DNA from: an uncultured Gammaproteobacteria bacterium
Lineage (GTDB): Bacteria > Pseudomonadota > Gammaproteobacteria > UBA9214
NCBI GenBank assembly: GCA_963748215.1
Contig: CAVVHS010000006.1
Location: 864,001-928,000 of the forward strand
DNA length: 64,000 bases
Direction: 5' to 3'
The position numbers and the translations under genes are program-made. Shown here in pieces: positions 29,734 to 44,303 of the stretch. Below the pieces are notes generated by a model. That model made no database searches and was not told the origin of the DNA. It saw only the letters and a list, made by a program, of their open reading frames with translations. Position 1 is the stretch's first letter. Every line of letters begins with the position of its first letter.

Positions 29734-29959
29734 AATTGCTATGTCTTAAACCAGTTTATTCTCGCGCAGAGACGCAAAGGACGCAGAGAATTTCAATTTC
29801 ATCACGATGGATCTGAAATCATGCGAGCTCTACAAGAAGCACACATCTTTCCCTGCGCATTTTTTTACAAAAACAATCGCGCTTGCGAAGCGCTCCTACA
29901 ACATCACTTAGCACAGCATATTTATACATGATTTTCTCTGCGTCTCTGCGCGAGGCTTC

Positions 29960-31003
<1,044 letters not shown>

Positions 31004-31331
31004 TCATGCAGTGATCGATTCGCTGCAATCCACTTGCTTTCACATCGGTATCAGCCAGTCAAGCTCGCCTGCTCAAGATTGAATCCGTACGACTGATGCA
31101 TCTTACCCAGCCCCGCACACTCCGGGTAAAGATTGGGGTATGGAGATAAAATCGGTGCAGTCAACTGCGTCTCTTGTATCCCCTCCAGGACTCCTGTTCT
31201 TATTAATCCTGCAACCGTCGCTGCATACAACATGCTGCTCGATTGGTGTCAGCCCCCTCTCACTCCGGTCTATACTCTCCCGGAGGGAGAGGGGATGGCA
31301 GTCTCAAACGCCTGCGACAGCCGGATTGAAC

Positions 31332-31364
31332 AAAAAAGGGGAAAGACTTTCGTCCTTCCCCTTT
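31332..31364 (-). terminator. Rho-independent terminator after rplT
   Basis: aaaaaaggggaaagac-tttc-gtccttcccc hairpin with U tract on the minus strand. Confidence 0.6.
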
Positions 31365-31388
31365 CTGGCAGCCATCTGCAAGCGGGGC

Positions 31389-31748
31389 TTAGGCAGACAA
31401 TCCGGCCTTGGCCTTTTCCGCCAGCGCACTGAAGCCGGCTGCGTCGAATACGGCCAGATCGGCCATCACCTTGCGGTCGACCTCGATATTGGCCTTGCTC
31501 AGACCCTCGATCAGGCGGCTGTAGGACATACCGTTCTCGCGGGCCGCGGCGTTGATACGCGCAATCCACAAGGCACGGAACTGGCGCTTTCTTTGACGCC
31601 GGTCGCGATAGGCATACTGGCCGGCCTTGATGACCGCCTGCTTGGCAACACGGTAAACCTTGCTGCGCGCACCGTAGTAACCCTTCGCCTTGTCCAGCAC
31701 CTTCTTGTGCCGGGCGTGAGCGGTTACACCACGTTTAACTCTTGGCAT
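31389..31748 (-). CDS. rplT: 50S ribosomal protein L20
   Basis: [27 protein letters not shown]. Confidence 0.98.
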   Translation of the reverse strand: MPRVKRGVTAHARHKKVLDKAKGYYGARSKVYRVAKQAVIKAGQYAYRDRRQRKRQFRALWIARINAAARENGMSYSRLIEGLSKANIEVDRKVMADLAVFDAAGFSALAEKAKAGLSA

Positions 31749-31772
31749 GACTGACTACCTCGAAAAATGAAT

Positions 31773-31970
31773 TCAGACAAAGGGCAGCATGCGGCGCACC
31801 ATGGCCACGTCGGCCTCGTGCACCTGCGCCGGCGAACCGAGCTGGCGTTTACGCTTGCTGCTCTTCTTGGTCAGGATGTGACGCAGGTGCGACTGGCCGC
31901 GCTTGAAGCCGCCGGAGCCGGTCTTCTTGAAGCGCTTGGCAGCACCGCGATTGGTTTTTAACTTGGGCAT
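31773..31970 (-). CDS. rpmI: 50S ribosomal protein L35
   Basis: [20 protein letters not shown]. Confidence 0.98.
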   Translation of the reverse strand: MPKLKTNRGAAKRFKKTGSGGFKRGQSHLRHILTKKSSKRKRQLGSPAQVHEADVAMVRRMLPFV

Positions 31971-32005
31971 TGTCGTTCTACTCCAATACTATAAAAAAAT
32001 ACCGT

Positions 32006-32091
32006 GTCATTCCGGCGAATGCCGGAATCCAGTTACCGCACACTTATCAAGACTGGATTCCGGGTCTGCGCTTCGCTTCGCCCGGAATGAC
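32006..32091. repeat. REP-like inverted pair (GTCATTCC..GGAATCCAG)
   Basis: gtcattccggcgaatgccggaatccag ... ctggattccggg..cccggaatgac; related copy at 34690. Confidence 0.65.
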
Positions 32092-32102
32092 GGACTTATC
32101 CG

Positions 32103-32627
32103 TCACCTGTTTTTCTTCGGCGCCAGCACCATGACCATCAGGCGTCCTTCCATTCTCGGTTCCTGTTCAACGACACCGTATTCCTCGAGATCGGCCTTCA
32201 CTCGCATCAGCAACTGCATGCCGAGTTCCTGGTGTGCCATCTCCCGGCCGCGAAAGCGCAGCGTCACCTTGGTGCGATCGCCTTCACCGAGAAACTCGAT
32301 CAGCTTGCGCAGCTTGATCTTGTAGTCGCCGATGTCGGTACCCGGCCGGAACTTGATTTCCTTGACCTGGGTCTGCTTCGTTTTCTTGCGCTGGGTCTGA
32401 AGTTTCTTGTTCTCTTCAAACCGGAACTTGCCGTAATCCATGATCCGGCATACCGGGGGTTCAGCGTTCGGCGAGATTTCCACCAGGTCCAGGCTGGCTT
32501 CGCCGGCAAGGTTGATTGCCTCGCTCGCTGCCATGATACCGACCTGTTCACCATCCTCGCCGATAACCCGTACCTCGGGCGCGAGGATTTTCTCGTTGAT
32601 CCGATGTAGATTCTTTTTCGCGCTGAT
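32103..32627 (-). CDS. infC: Translation initiation factor IF-3, probable ATC start
   Basis: [22 protein letters not shown]; frame extends to ATC at 32627 ([14 protein letters not shown]) after GGAGGG. Confidence 0.93.
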   Translation of the reverse strand: MSAKKNLHRINEKILAPEVRVIGEDGEQVGIMAASEAINLAGEASLDLVEISPNAEPPVCRIMDYGKFRFEENKKLQTQRKKTKQTQVKEIKFRPGTDIGDYKIKLRKLIEFLGEGDRTKVTLRFRGREMAHQELGMQLLMRVKADLEEYGVVEQEPRMEGRLMVMVLAPKKNR

Positions 32628-32630
32628 ACG

Positions 32631-34562
32631 TCAACCCTCCAAAACATTACGGCCGTGGCTCGCGATCTCGGTTTGCAGACTCCGGGCCAGCTGCTCCAAC
32701 GGCATGCTGCCCAGGTCCGCACCGCCTCGCGTGCGCACGGCCACGGTACCCGCTTCCGCCTCCCTGTCGCCGATTACCAGCAGATAGGGAACGCGTCTAA
32801 TCGTGTGCTCGCGGATTTTAAAGCCGATCTTCTCATTTCTCAAGTCGGATTTGACCCTCAATCCCTGATTTCTCAAGGATTCTTCGACCTGCCGGGCATA
32901 GTCGGCCTGATTGTCGGTAATATTGAGCACCACCGCCTGTACCGGGGCCAGCCAGAGCGGCAGCGAGCCGGCGTGATGCTCGATCAGGATGCCGATAAAG
33001 CGCTCCAGCGAGCCGAGGATGGCCCGGTGCAGCATGACCGGCACCTGCTTGCTGCCGTCCTCGGCAATATAGTGGGCACCGAGCCGGTCGGGCATGGAGA
33101 AATCCAGCTGGATGGTGCCGAGCTGCCAGACCCGGTCCAGGCAGTCCTTCAGGGTGAACTCGATCTTCGGCCCGTAGAAGGCCCCTTCCCCGGGCTGCAG
33201 TTGCCAGTCCAGCTGCTTGTGGTCGAGCACTGCCTGCAGGGCGGCTTCGGCCTTGTCCCACAGGGCGTCGTCACCGACCCGGCTTTCCGGCCGGGTGGAG
33301 AATTTCACGCTGACCTCGTCAAAGCCGAAATCGGCATAGACCTCGAACAGCAGGTCGATGAAATCCGACACCTCGCCCTCGATCTGGTCTTCCGTGCAGA
33401 AAATATGGGCATCGTCCTGGACGAAGTTGCGCACCCGCATCAGCCCGTGCAGGGTGCCGGACGGCTCGTTGCGGGTGCAGGAACCGAACTCGGCCAGCCG
33501 CAACGGCAGGTCACGGTAGCTCTTCAGGCCCTGGTTGTAGATCTGGATATGCGCCGGGCAGTTCATCGGCTTGATGGCGTAGGTGCGGTTTTCCGACTCG
33601 GTGGTGAACATGTCGGCGTGGAATTTCTCCCAGTGGCCGGACTTCTCCCACAGCGAGCGGTCGATGATCTGCGGCGTGTGGACTTCCTGGTAGCCGTGCC
33701 GACGCAGCTGGCCGCGGATGTAGTCCTGGATCACCAGGTAGATCTGCCAGCCGTCGTCGTGCCAGAACACCATGCCCGGCGCCTCTTCCTGGGTATGGAA
33801 CAGATCCATCACCTTGCCCAGCTTGCGGTGGTCGCGCTTTTCGGCCTCTTCCAGGCGATGGAGATAGGCCTCCAGCTCCTTCTTGTCGCGCCAGGCGGTG
33901 CCGTAGATGCGCTGCAGCATTTCGTTGTCGGAATCGCCGCGCCAGTAGGCGCCGGCCAGCTTCATCAGCTTGAAGCCCTTGCCGAGCTTGCCGGTGCCGG
34001 GCAGGTGCGGCCCGCGGCAGACGTCGAACCAGTCGCCCTGCCGGTACACCGAAACCTCTTCGCCCTCGGGAATGATGTCCTCGATGATCTCGACCTTGTA
34101 GGTCTCGCCGATCTCGCCGAACACCTGGATGGCCTGTGCGCGGTCCCAGACCTCGCGCACGATCGGCAGGTCGCGCTTGACGATCTCGCGCATGCGCGCC
34201 TCGATCCTGCCCAGGTCGTCCGGGGTGAACGGGGTGTCACGCGCGAAATCGTAATAGAAGCCGTTTTCGATGGCCGGCCCGATGGTCACCTGGGTACCGG
34301 GCTAGAGTTCCTGCACCGCCTGCGCCATGATGTGCGCGGCGTCGTGGCGCAGCAGCTCCAGCGCCTCCTCATTCTTGACGGTGATGATCGCCAGTTCGGC
34401 ATCCTGATCGATCAGGTAGCTGGTATCGACCAGGCGGCCGTCCACCTTGCCGGCCAGCGCGGCCTTGGCCAGGCCCGGACCGATATCGGCGGCCACGTCA
34501 TGGACGGTGACCGGCTGGTCGAATTTGCGGGTACTGCCATCGGGAAGGGTAACTGTGGGCAT
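32631..34562 (-). CDS. thrS: Threonyl-tRNA synthetase with one in-frame TAG at 34302-34304
   Basis: TGS domain, [27 protein letters not shown]; both ORF pieces are in the same frame. Confidence 0.93.
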
Positions 34563-34724
34563 GGCTGTCTCCAGTGGTGACCGATACGAGGGGCCACATG
34601 ATTACCAATAACAAGAAAGCATCGGCAGGCCGCTGCTTTCGGTAAATGACGGCTCGGGGGGAGCCCGGAAACCGTTTCTTCATTCAAAGCTGGATTCCCG
34701 CCTGCGCGGGAATGACAGCGGGAT

Positions 34725-34927
34725 TGGTAGGCGCGATTGGATTACTCCGGGCATGGCCCAGGCCAGTCTCTCGACCCGGGCTATGCCCGTAAAAATGGTC
34801 TCACCTTCTCCTGCCCTTCGCCCCTGCGGGGCCAGCGTCGCTGCGCTCCGCTGTTCAAATCGCTCCCGGCGATTTGGTCGAACTCCGTTCTCATCCCATC
34901 GCGGCAACCGCCACGCAACAATCAATT
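34725..34927 (-). repeat. tRNA-Val 3'-end duplication with expanded T-loop (203-bp unit)
   Basis: tggtaggcgcgattggatt-actcc...ggtcgaac. Confidence 0.85.
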
Positions 34928-35004
34928 TGGTAGGCGCGATTGGATTCGAACCAACGACCCCCACCATGTCAAGGTGGTGCTCTAACCAACTGAGCTACGC
35001 GCCT
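34928..35004 (-). tRNA. tRNA-Val(GAC)
   Basis: AGGCGCGTAGCTCAGTTGGTTAGAGCACCACCTTGACATGGTGGGGGTCGTTGGTTCGAATCCAATCGCGCCTACCA. Confidence 0.97.
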
Positions 35005-35128
35005 GCGAGGCCGAAAACGATACCGGGAGCGCCCGCCGGTTGCAAGGGATTCTCGCCCGCCAGCAGAGAGACGCTGCTTTCCGCAAAGTGCCCCCTCAGG
35101 CGCGGGATATATTTCGCACACGGGAAAG

Positions 35129-35201
35129 GGTGCGCAGAGCGCACCCTACCGGCTTCTGGATCCTGACCCTGCCCCGGACCGTAGGGTGCGTTTCACGCAC
35201 C
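35129..35201. repeat. GTAG-type REP pair
   Basis: ggtgcgcagagcgcaccctac ... gtagggtgcgtttcacgcacc; similar pair at 26647-26707. Confidence 0.7.
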
Positions 35202-35257
35202 GGGAGCGGAGTGGACGGCGCACCCTGCCTGACGAGCGGCACAGGATCCCAACTCGC

Positions 35258-38540
<3,283 letters not shown>

Positions 38541-38678
38541 CCCGCCCTCCTCCGACCTGACCGGCCGGCATCGGTTGCTGGCCGGCGCACTGTCGCCTGT
38601 CCAGAATGAATCCGTACCCGGCGGCCGGCGACTGCTGTAACCGACCCGCATGCCGGCACAGGTGCAGGGAGGACATGG

Positions 38679-39215
38679 GTGAACAAACCGCACAGCCAGA
38701 CCGGCATGACCCTGGCGGAACTGCTGATCACGCTGGCGGTGGCGGCCATCCTCGTCGTCGGCAGCACGACAGCACTGCCGCGCTTCATCCAGGAAGGCCG
38801 CATGGTCACCGAGGTCAACCACTTCACGACCGCGCTTGCGCTCGCGCGCAGCACAGCCATCATGCAGGATCACCGCGTGGTGCTGTGCCCGAGCCGGGAC
38901 CGCAGCAGCTGCGGGAGCAGCCAGGACTGGACCAGCGGCTGGCTGCTGTTCGCCAGCGACGACCGCAAGCGCGATCCTGACGAGCCGGTGCTGCAGGCCG
39001 GTGAACTGATGGGCACCGGCATCACCCTGCACGCCGGCAACCAGCGCCGGCATATCGTCTACCAGCCCGACGGCAGCAGCGGCGGTACGAACGCCTCGTT
39101 CACCTTTTGCGACCGCCGCCATCACGCCCGGCCACGGGTCATCTGCCTGTCGAATACGGGCCGGTCCCGCCTGTCACGTCGGACCTGCGGCGGTCAGCCC
39201 GTGCGCTGCCCCTGA
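38679..39215 (+). CDS. GspH/FimT-family minor pilin
   Basis: G-MTLAELLITLAV prepilin motif, LARSTA, VVLCPS, W.SGWLLF. Confidence 0.88.
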   Translation: MNKPHSQTGMTLAELLITLAVAAILVVGSTTALPRFIQEGRMVTEVNHFTTALALARSTAIMQDHRVVLCPSRDRSSCGSSQDWTSGWLLFASDDRKRDPDEPVLQAGELMGTGITLHAGNQRRHIVYQPDGSSGGTNASFTFCDRRHHARPRVICLSNTGRSRLSRRTCGGQPVRCP

Positions 39216-39295
39216 AAAATCAGGCTGATCCCCGCATCCGCGTTGACCGAAAACCCGGAAAGCCGGTATGATGCGCCCCTTTACAGCTTCTCAAT

Positions 39296-39371
39296 TCCCC
39301 GGTAGCTCAGTCGGTAGAGCGGGTGACTGTTAATCACTAGGTCGGCGGTTCGAGCCCGTCCCGGGGAGCCA
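39296..39371 (+). tRNA. tRNA-Asn(GTT)
   Basis: TCCCCGGTAGCTCAGTCGGTAGAGCGGGTGACTGTTAATCACTAGGTCGGCGGTTCGAGCCCGTCCCGGGGAGCCA. Confidence 0.97.
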
Positions 39372-39488
39372 TTAATTTTCTTGCGCTTAGTGATCCCATC
39401 GGGCGGCATCGGCATGCCATCGAGTGACCCATAGACGGAAAGTCACCGAGCCACCCCAAAAACGCACCACCGCCATATAATTGAAGCC

Positions 39489-40226
39489 ATGATATTGGCA
39501 GGCATCGATCTCGCTTGGGCGTGCACAAAGAATCCAACCGCCATCGCCTTCGGTGCATACGATGGCGACACCCTTCAAGTCACCCATGTCGACGCCTCCG
39601 TGTTAACTGTGGATGACATCGTTGATCGATTCCAGAGCACACAAGATCTTACCGGCGTCGCGATCGACGCGTCGCTGATCATCCCGAATGTCACCGGCCA
39701 AAGAGCCTGCGAGCATGAGCTGTCAGCTCATTACGGCAAGATGGGCGCCTCATGCCACTCGTCCAACCTCACCCTGTACCCCGATTCGGCCAGTGTGGCG
39801 TTATCCAGGAAGCTGGAGAAGCACGACTTCAAGCATCTAGGCTCAGAGAAATGGCAGATTGAGTGCTATCCGCATCCGGCGATAATCGAGATCTTCGGCC
39901 TACCTGAGAGGCTGAAATACAAAAAGGGACGCGTCGCCGAGAAGAAGGCCGGCCAGAAACAGTTGGCGAGTCTTATATCGGGCCTCTACATCAGCACCGT
40001 CCTGCCCTTGCAGCTGGGATCAGACGTTCGAGAGCTCATCGACCCGGCCCACATTGATGCTCTGCGCGGGAAGGCACTGAAGTCCAACGAGGATATGCTC
40101 GATGCAATTATATGCCTGTACGTGGCTGGACTGTATGCGATCGGTGCCAGGCATAGGGTTTTCGGGAATGCCTCTGAGGGGTACATCTGGGTGCCGGCAG
40201 GTAAAGTCACCGGGCCAAGCGGATGA
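39489..40226 (+). CDS. DUF429 RNase H-fold predicted nuclease
   Basis: MILAGIDLAW, VAIDASL, IECYPHPA, YKKG, EDMLDAIIC. Confidence 0.85.
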   Translation: MILAGIDLAWACTKNPTAIAFGAYDGDTLQVTHVDASVLTVDDIVDRFQSTQDLTGVAIDASLIIPNVTGQRACEHELSAHYGKMGASCHSSNLTLYPDSASVALSRKLEKHDFKHLGSEKWQIECYPHPAIIEIFGLPERLKYKKGRVAEKKAGQKQLASLISGLYISTVLPLQLGSDVRELIDPAHIDALRGKALKSNEDMLDAIICLYVAGLYAIGARHRVFGNASEGYIWVPAGKVTGPSG

Positions 40227-40368
40227 CAGCTTTGTAATTCCGGTGACAGCACACCTATTTCTCATACAACCACTTTTTCGTCGCCGGTTTGCAACACTGA
40301 CAGGACACGCACTAACTGGAAGCACACTAATTGCTCTGAGTTTAATACGTATACTGTCCCCGGATTTG

Positions 40369-40584
40369 TTATTTCCAACCTTGAAGCCATGCGTCACTGT
40401 TATTAAGATCCTTCCACTCTATAGGCACAGAGCGATTGGATATAACAGCCTCTATTGCACAATGAATTACGTTACCCTCTTCATCAAATTTTAGTTCTGT
40501 TATAAGAAAATGTTTTTCCTTGTTAACGGGATTTACAGCCGTCCATTTGCTATTGAGTAATTTTCTGGGATTGATTTTATTCAT
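40369..40584 (-). CDS. TIGR02450 Trp-rich protein
   Basis: MNKINPRKLLNSKWTAVNP..KEKHF..WLQGWK. Confidence 0.88.
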   Translation of the reverse strand: MNKINPRKLLNSKWTAVNPVNKEKHFLITELKFDEEGNVIHCAIEAVISNRSVPIEWKDLNNSDAWLQGWK

Positions 40585-40674
40585 CGGTAATCTTTTGATA
40601 ACAGAGCAGAGGGGTTGATCTGCTAATGCTTAATGCGTGGGCTGACTTTTTTCCAAAATTAAACTTCGATGAAT

Positions 40675-41331
40675 TCACATGGTTGATTTAGGTGCCGGGG
40701 CCAACATCGGATCTGCCTTGTTTTCCAGCAGTTTGGAAAACAACGCCAGACGTTGTTTAACCGTGGGCGACTCCAGCAGTTGCTGCTTGCTATCGATATC
40801 CAGACTGAGAACCAGAATAAGATTATTAGCGACCTGTTCGATAGGTAGCTTGTCAAGGACTTCCCAGTCTACCTGCATATTATGCCGATCGAAGTAATGG
40901 CGTAAGGTTGCCTGGAAGCTTTCAATGTTTGTCGATTCAACGTCTTCGGTTTGGTAATCATGTTCGAAATCTCGCCAGTCAACTCTGGCTAGCGTATAAC
41001 CTTCTTTCTGGGGCTCTTTTTCGATTATTTTGTAACGGCATATTCCGGTTAGCATAACGTTCAGGCGTCCGTCTTTTCGTTCCCGGTATTGCCTGATCCT
41101 GCCGGCACATCCTGTCTGATAGGTATTCCATTCCGGGTTGTTGCGTTGAGGTTGCACCATGCCGATTAGCTGGTCGGTTTTAAGCGCTTTCATAAATAAT
41201 GCCAGCGCACCCGGTTCAGAGATCTCCAGCGGAAGTTCACCACCAGGCAGCAATGCATTTTCCAAAGAATAAAGGGGGAGTTGCTCGGGCAACTGATCAA
41301 AGGTTTGAGTAAATGGCGATTTGGGTTTCAT
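40675..41331 (-). CDS. Stand-alone Lon N-terminal substrate-binding domain protein
   Basis: LPEQLPLY, LLPGGELPL, IGMVQP, TGCAGRI, DGRLNVMLTGICRY, KQQLLE. Confidence 0.85.
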   Translation of the reverse strand: MKPKSPFTQTFDQLPEQLPLYSLENALLPGGELPLEISEPGALALFMKALKTDQLIGMVQPQRNNPEWNTYQTGCAGRIRQYRERKDGRLNVMLTGICRYKIIEKEPQKEGYTLARVDWRDFEHDYQTEDVESTNIESFQATLRHYFDRHNMQVDWEVLDKLPIEQVANNLILVLSLDIDSKQQLLESPTVKQRLALFSKLLENKADPMLAPAPKSTM

Positions 41332-41382
41332 AGTATAACGATACCGCTTTCCTGCTATTGCGCAATGCGCCAGTGGTTTAAT

Positions 41383-42315
41383 TTAATTTTCGATAATCCG
41401 CATATCCTTGCTCAGCGGAGCGGTGGTTGTTGATTTTTCTTGCTTGCTAGATCCAGGTGCCTGAGGCGCAGCACGCCTTAATCGTGCTTCTACCAGAATG
41501 GCCTCCATTAATTGCTGATCATTGACCTCTGGATACATCGGGTAATATTGCTCGACCTCAAATACATGTTGCCTGGCGGCCACTTCCAGGCGGTCACGCT
41601 GATCGCTTGATAAACTCTGAAGCATTAACAGGCGCGGTGCCTTGCGTAACAGGTAACGCTGGCACAGATCATGGTCAGCTTGCTGTTGCCATTCATCTCG
41701 AACTAGCAGGCCGGGAAAATCATCCGTGTCATTTTGTTCTCTTTTAAACCAGGCAGCACGTCGATTGATGCCCGCCCGACTGGCTATCAGGCCCTGAAAA
41801 CGGTCATTCACCGGTGGTTCGCTGCGCGCCTGTTCATACTCCGTATTATCAATATCCATTTTTGAATGCGGTAAGGCCGTCCAATGGGTCTGATCGGGGA
41901 AAGTGTTCATCAGTGACTCATCACAGCAGGAGTAAATCAACGCCAGGGGAGATTCATCGGTGCCGTCGAGTAGCCAGTACTCGTAGATGTCTCCGGCAGC
42001 AAACGGTACATCCGCGGTAGAGAGAAATTCTGTCAGTTCATAAATACTTTCTGATACTTGATCGTGATCCACGCACGACGGGAAGGCGAAGGTCTTTAAT
42101 TCTCCGTTTTTCAGGCTGGCAACATGGTAATAACCTCGATCAAGCCCGTAACCTTGCACACGGAACTTGGGATCGTTTGTCTGATGATTACCTGATAAAT
42201 AATGAATTTCCCAGTTTACCCCGTCAAAACTTTGCGCACGTGCACGCTCCGACTCAGTAATCTGTACACACCCTGAAAAAGGTGGCAGCAAGCGTTGTGA
42301 ATAGGCGCGTATCAT
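41383..42315 (-). CDS. Hypothetical protein (paralog of 43180-44052)
   Basis: 310 aa; shares RAYS.RLL, YEYWLLD, PLAL..SC, PPVN, PRLLM and LVEARL motifs. Confidence 0.8.
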   Translation of the reverse strand: MIRAYSQRLLPPFSGCVQITESERARAQSFDGVNWEIHYLSGNHQTNDPKFRVQGYGLDRGYYHVASLKNGELKTFAFPSCVDHDQVSESIYELTEFLSTADVPFAAGDIYEYWLLDGTDESPLALIYSCCDESLMNTFPDQTHWTALPHSKMDIDNTEYEQARSEPPVNDRFQGLIASRAGINRRAAWFKREQNDTDDFPGLLVRDEWQQQADHDLCQRYLLRKAPRLLMLQSLSSDQRDRLEVAARQHVFEVEQYYPMYPEVNDQQLMEAILVEARLRRAAPQAPGSSKQEKSTTTAPLSKDMRIIEN

Positions 42316-42344
42316 AGTTGTTGACTACCACAAGTGTTTTTGGG

Positions 42345-42575
42345 CGCACAGGAAGCATAACCCACGTATTCCGTGAGAATCCACCCGGGCACTGCACAGC
42401 ACCTTCGCCAGACCGGTCTCATCCGCCGGCTCCAGCGCCAGGTAGCTGTTGTACAGATCGCGCACCAGCAGTCCCTGGCGCTCCAGGTACTGCCCGGTCC
42501 GTTCGCTGATGGTGTAGAAACAAGATGTTCCAGTTCGGCCCGGTCTGGCGTCTTCAGCCGCTGGAAACACGGCTG
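42345..42575 (-). mobile_element. IS91/ISCR transposase fragment plus degenerate oriIS
   Basis: FQRLKTPDRAELEHLV / ISERTGQYLERQGLLVRD..YLALEP; end shared with 19472-19510. Confidence 0.65.
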
Positions 42576-42693
42576 GACAGGACTGGATGTCTGAACGCAG
42601 AGAACGTTTAATGTTGAGCTGTGTAAAATACTTATACCCTGCAAGCAGGTATCAACGATTTATCGAATCACTGAAGCATATGCTGAATAGAAA

Positions 42694-43026
42694 ATGAGGA
42701 ATAAAATCAAACAATTCGTATTGGTTTATCTGGGCGGTAATCAGCCATCCAGCGAAGAAGACGCCAAAAATCACTTTAACAAATACACGGAATGGTTATC
42801 ATTGCTCGGTGATGCCGTTGTTATTCCTACCATTCCATTAAAAGATACAATCACCGTAAGCCCTGATGTATCTGTACATGAAGGTGGCAGTAGTGCCATG
42901 TCCGGGTTCTCGATTATTAAGGCAGACTCAATGGAAGCTGCACTATCGATAGCACAAAGCTGCCCTTTTCTGGAAATTGAGGGTTCACTTGAGGTATCCG
43001 AGATGATGCAAATGCCTGCTCAGTAA
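42694..43026 (+). CDS. YciI-like protein
   Basis: MSGFSIIKADSMEAALSIAQSCPFL..GSLEVSE. Confidence 0.75.
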   Translation: MRNKIKQFVLVYLGGNQPSSEEDAKNHFNKYTEWLSLLGDAVVIPTIPLKDTITVSPDVSVHEGGSSAMSGFSIIKADSMEAALSIAQSCPFLEIEGSLEVSEMMQMPAQ

Positions 43027-43179
43027 TAGATTAATATGAGCCACTTTTTCTATGCCTTGATTACTGATGGTATATTTCTGGCGATGATCAACAAAAGAGC
43101 AACAGTGATTCAACCGGCAGGTCTGCGGTTCACGAATGTATCCGGTCAAGTCATTTAAACAGTAAGGAAAGTATTACAG

Positions 43180-44052
43180 ATGCTCAGAGCGTATTCCAGG
43201 AGATTGCTGTCGCCTTATGTCGGCATGGTCCAGGTTGTTGAACTGGGCTGGGCACGGGCGCTGAGTCTTGACGGACAAAATTGGGCCATTCGTTATACCG
43301 AGCACGAAAACAAACAAACCAGTCATGCACGCCATAGTCATGATCCGAGAGTGAATCTTTCCATGATATTGAGTATCAAGGACGATCAACCAAAAACTCG
43401 CGTCATACGATTAGCCATGGATCCCGAACAGGTACGCCAGGACAGCGAGCGACTTTTCGAAGTGCTGCTTGATATCACCGCACCATTAAAAGCCGCTGAC
43501 TGTTACGAGTACTGGCTTCTGGATAGCCATGATAATAAACCGCTTGCCTTGTTGCATTCCTGCGTTGATGAAGAAGATATGCATAAGCCTGTGCCACATT
43601 CCGAGTGGTTTGCCGCCATCCCTGCCGCGGAACTTGCGATTCCTGACCCGGACGCTTCTGATACGGGACTCTATCAACCACCGGTTAACTATCGCTTGCA
43701 ACAGTGTATTGAAGAAATTGCCGGCCCTAAGCCACAAGCATCCTGGTTCAAACGCACAGAGCCGGCCACGGTCGATTTACCACCCTGCCTGATGAATGAT
43801 GGATGGGGAGACCCGGAATACCAGAGACTTTGTGATTTATATTTGCAGCGGCTCTCACCACGCTTGTTAATGATGCACAACCTTCCGCGCACGACCAGGG
43901 AAAAACTTGAGCAAGCCGCTGTTAAATACGTATTTGAAGTAGAAATGTATCATCAATTGTATCCGGAAGTGGTCGATAACACGCTGTTGAATGCTGCTCT
44001 GGTTGAGGCCCGCCTGAAACGCACTAACGATGGAGAACCCCAAAGGTCTTGA
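43180..44052 (+). CDS. Hypothetical protein (paralog of 41383-42315)
   Basis: 290 aa with the same motif series. Confidence 0.8.
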   Translation: MLRAYSRRLLSPYVGMVQVVELGWARALSLDGQNWAIRYTEHENKQTSHARHSHDPRVNLSMILSIKDDQPKTRVIRLAMDPEQVRQDSERLFEVLLDITAPLKAADCYEYWLLDSHDNKPLALLHSCVDEEDMHKPVPHSEWFAAIPAAELAIPDPDASDTGLYQPPVNYRLQQCIEEIAGPKPQASWFKRTEPATVDLPPCLMNDGWGDPEYQRLCDLYLQRLSPRLLMMHNLPRTTREKLEQAAVKYVFEVEMYHQLYPEVVDNTLLNAALVEARLKRTNDGEPQRS

Positions 44053-44303
44053 TATTTAGATATTTAATCCGCTCAATATTATGTCTTGTCGCACAACGCC
44101 TGCCTTTAATGTCGAGACCTCCCCCGGTGAGAATTATAGGGAAATCTCTGACTCAATCTGGTTACCACCCTGGCGGGCAAAGGTCGCCGGCGTGAGCGGG
44201 CGTGAAATCCTCGCAGGATGCAGGTCGTCTGTGATATTCATCTCTGGAAACTTTTTCCTGTCCTTTGCATCCAATCGTTCATAGCCGACACGGGAGCCGC
44301 CAC

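Noticed and set aside
27811-29931. Long antisense ORFs opposite pheT (also thrS, rpsA, uvrB)
   Set aside because: Expected shadow ORFs of high-GC codon usage
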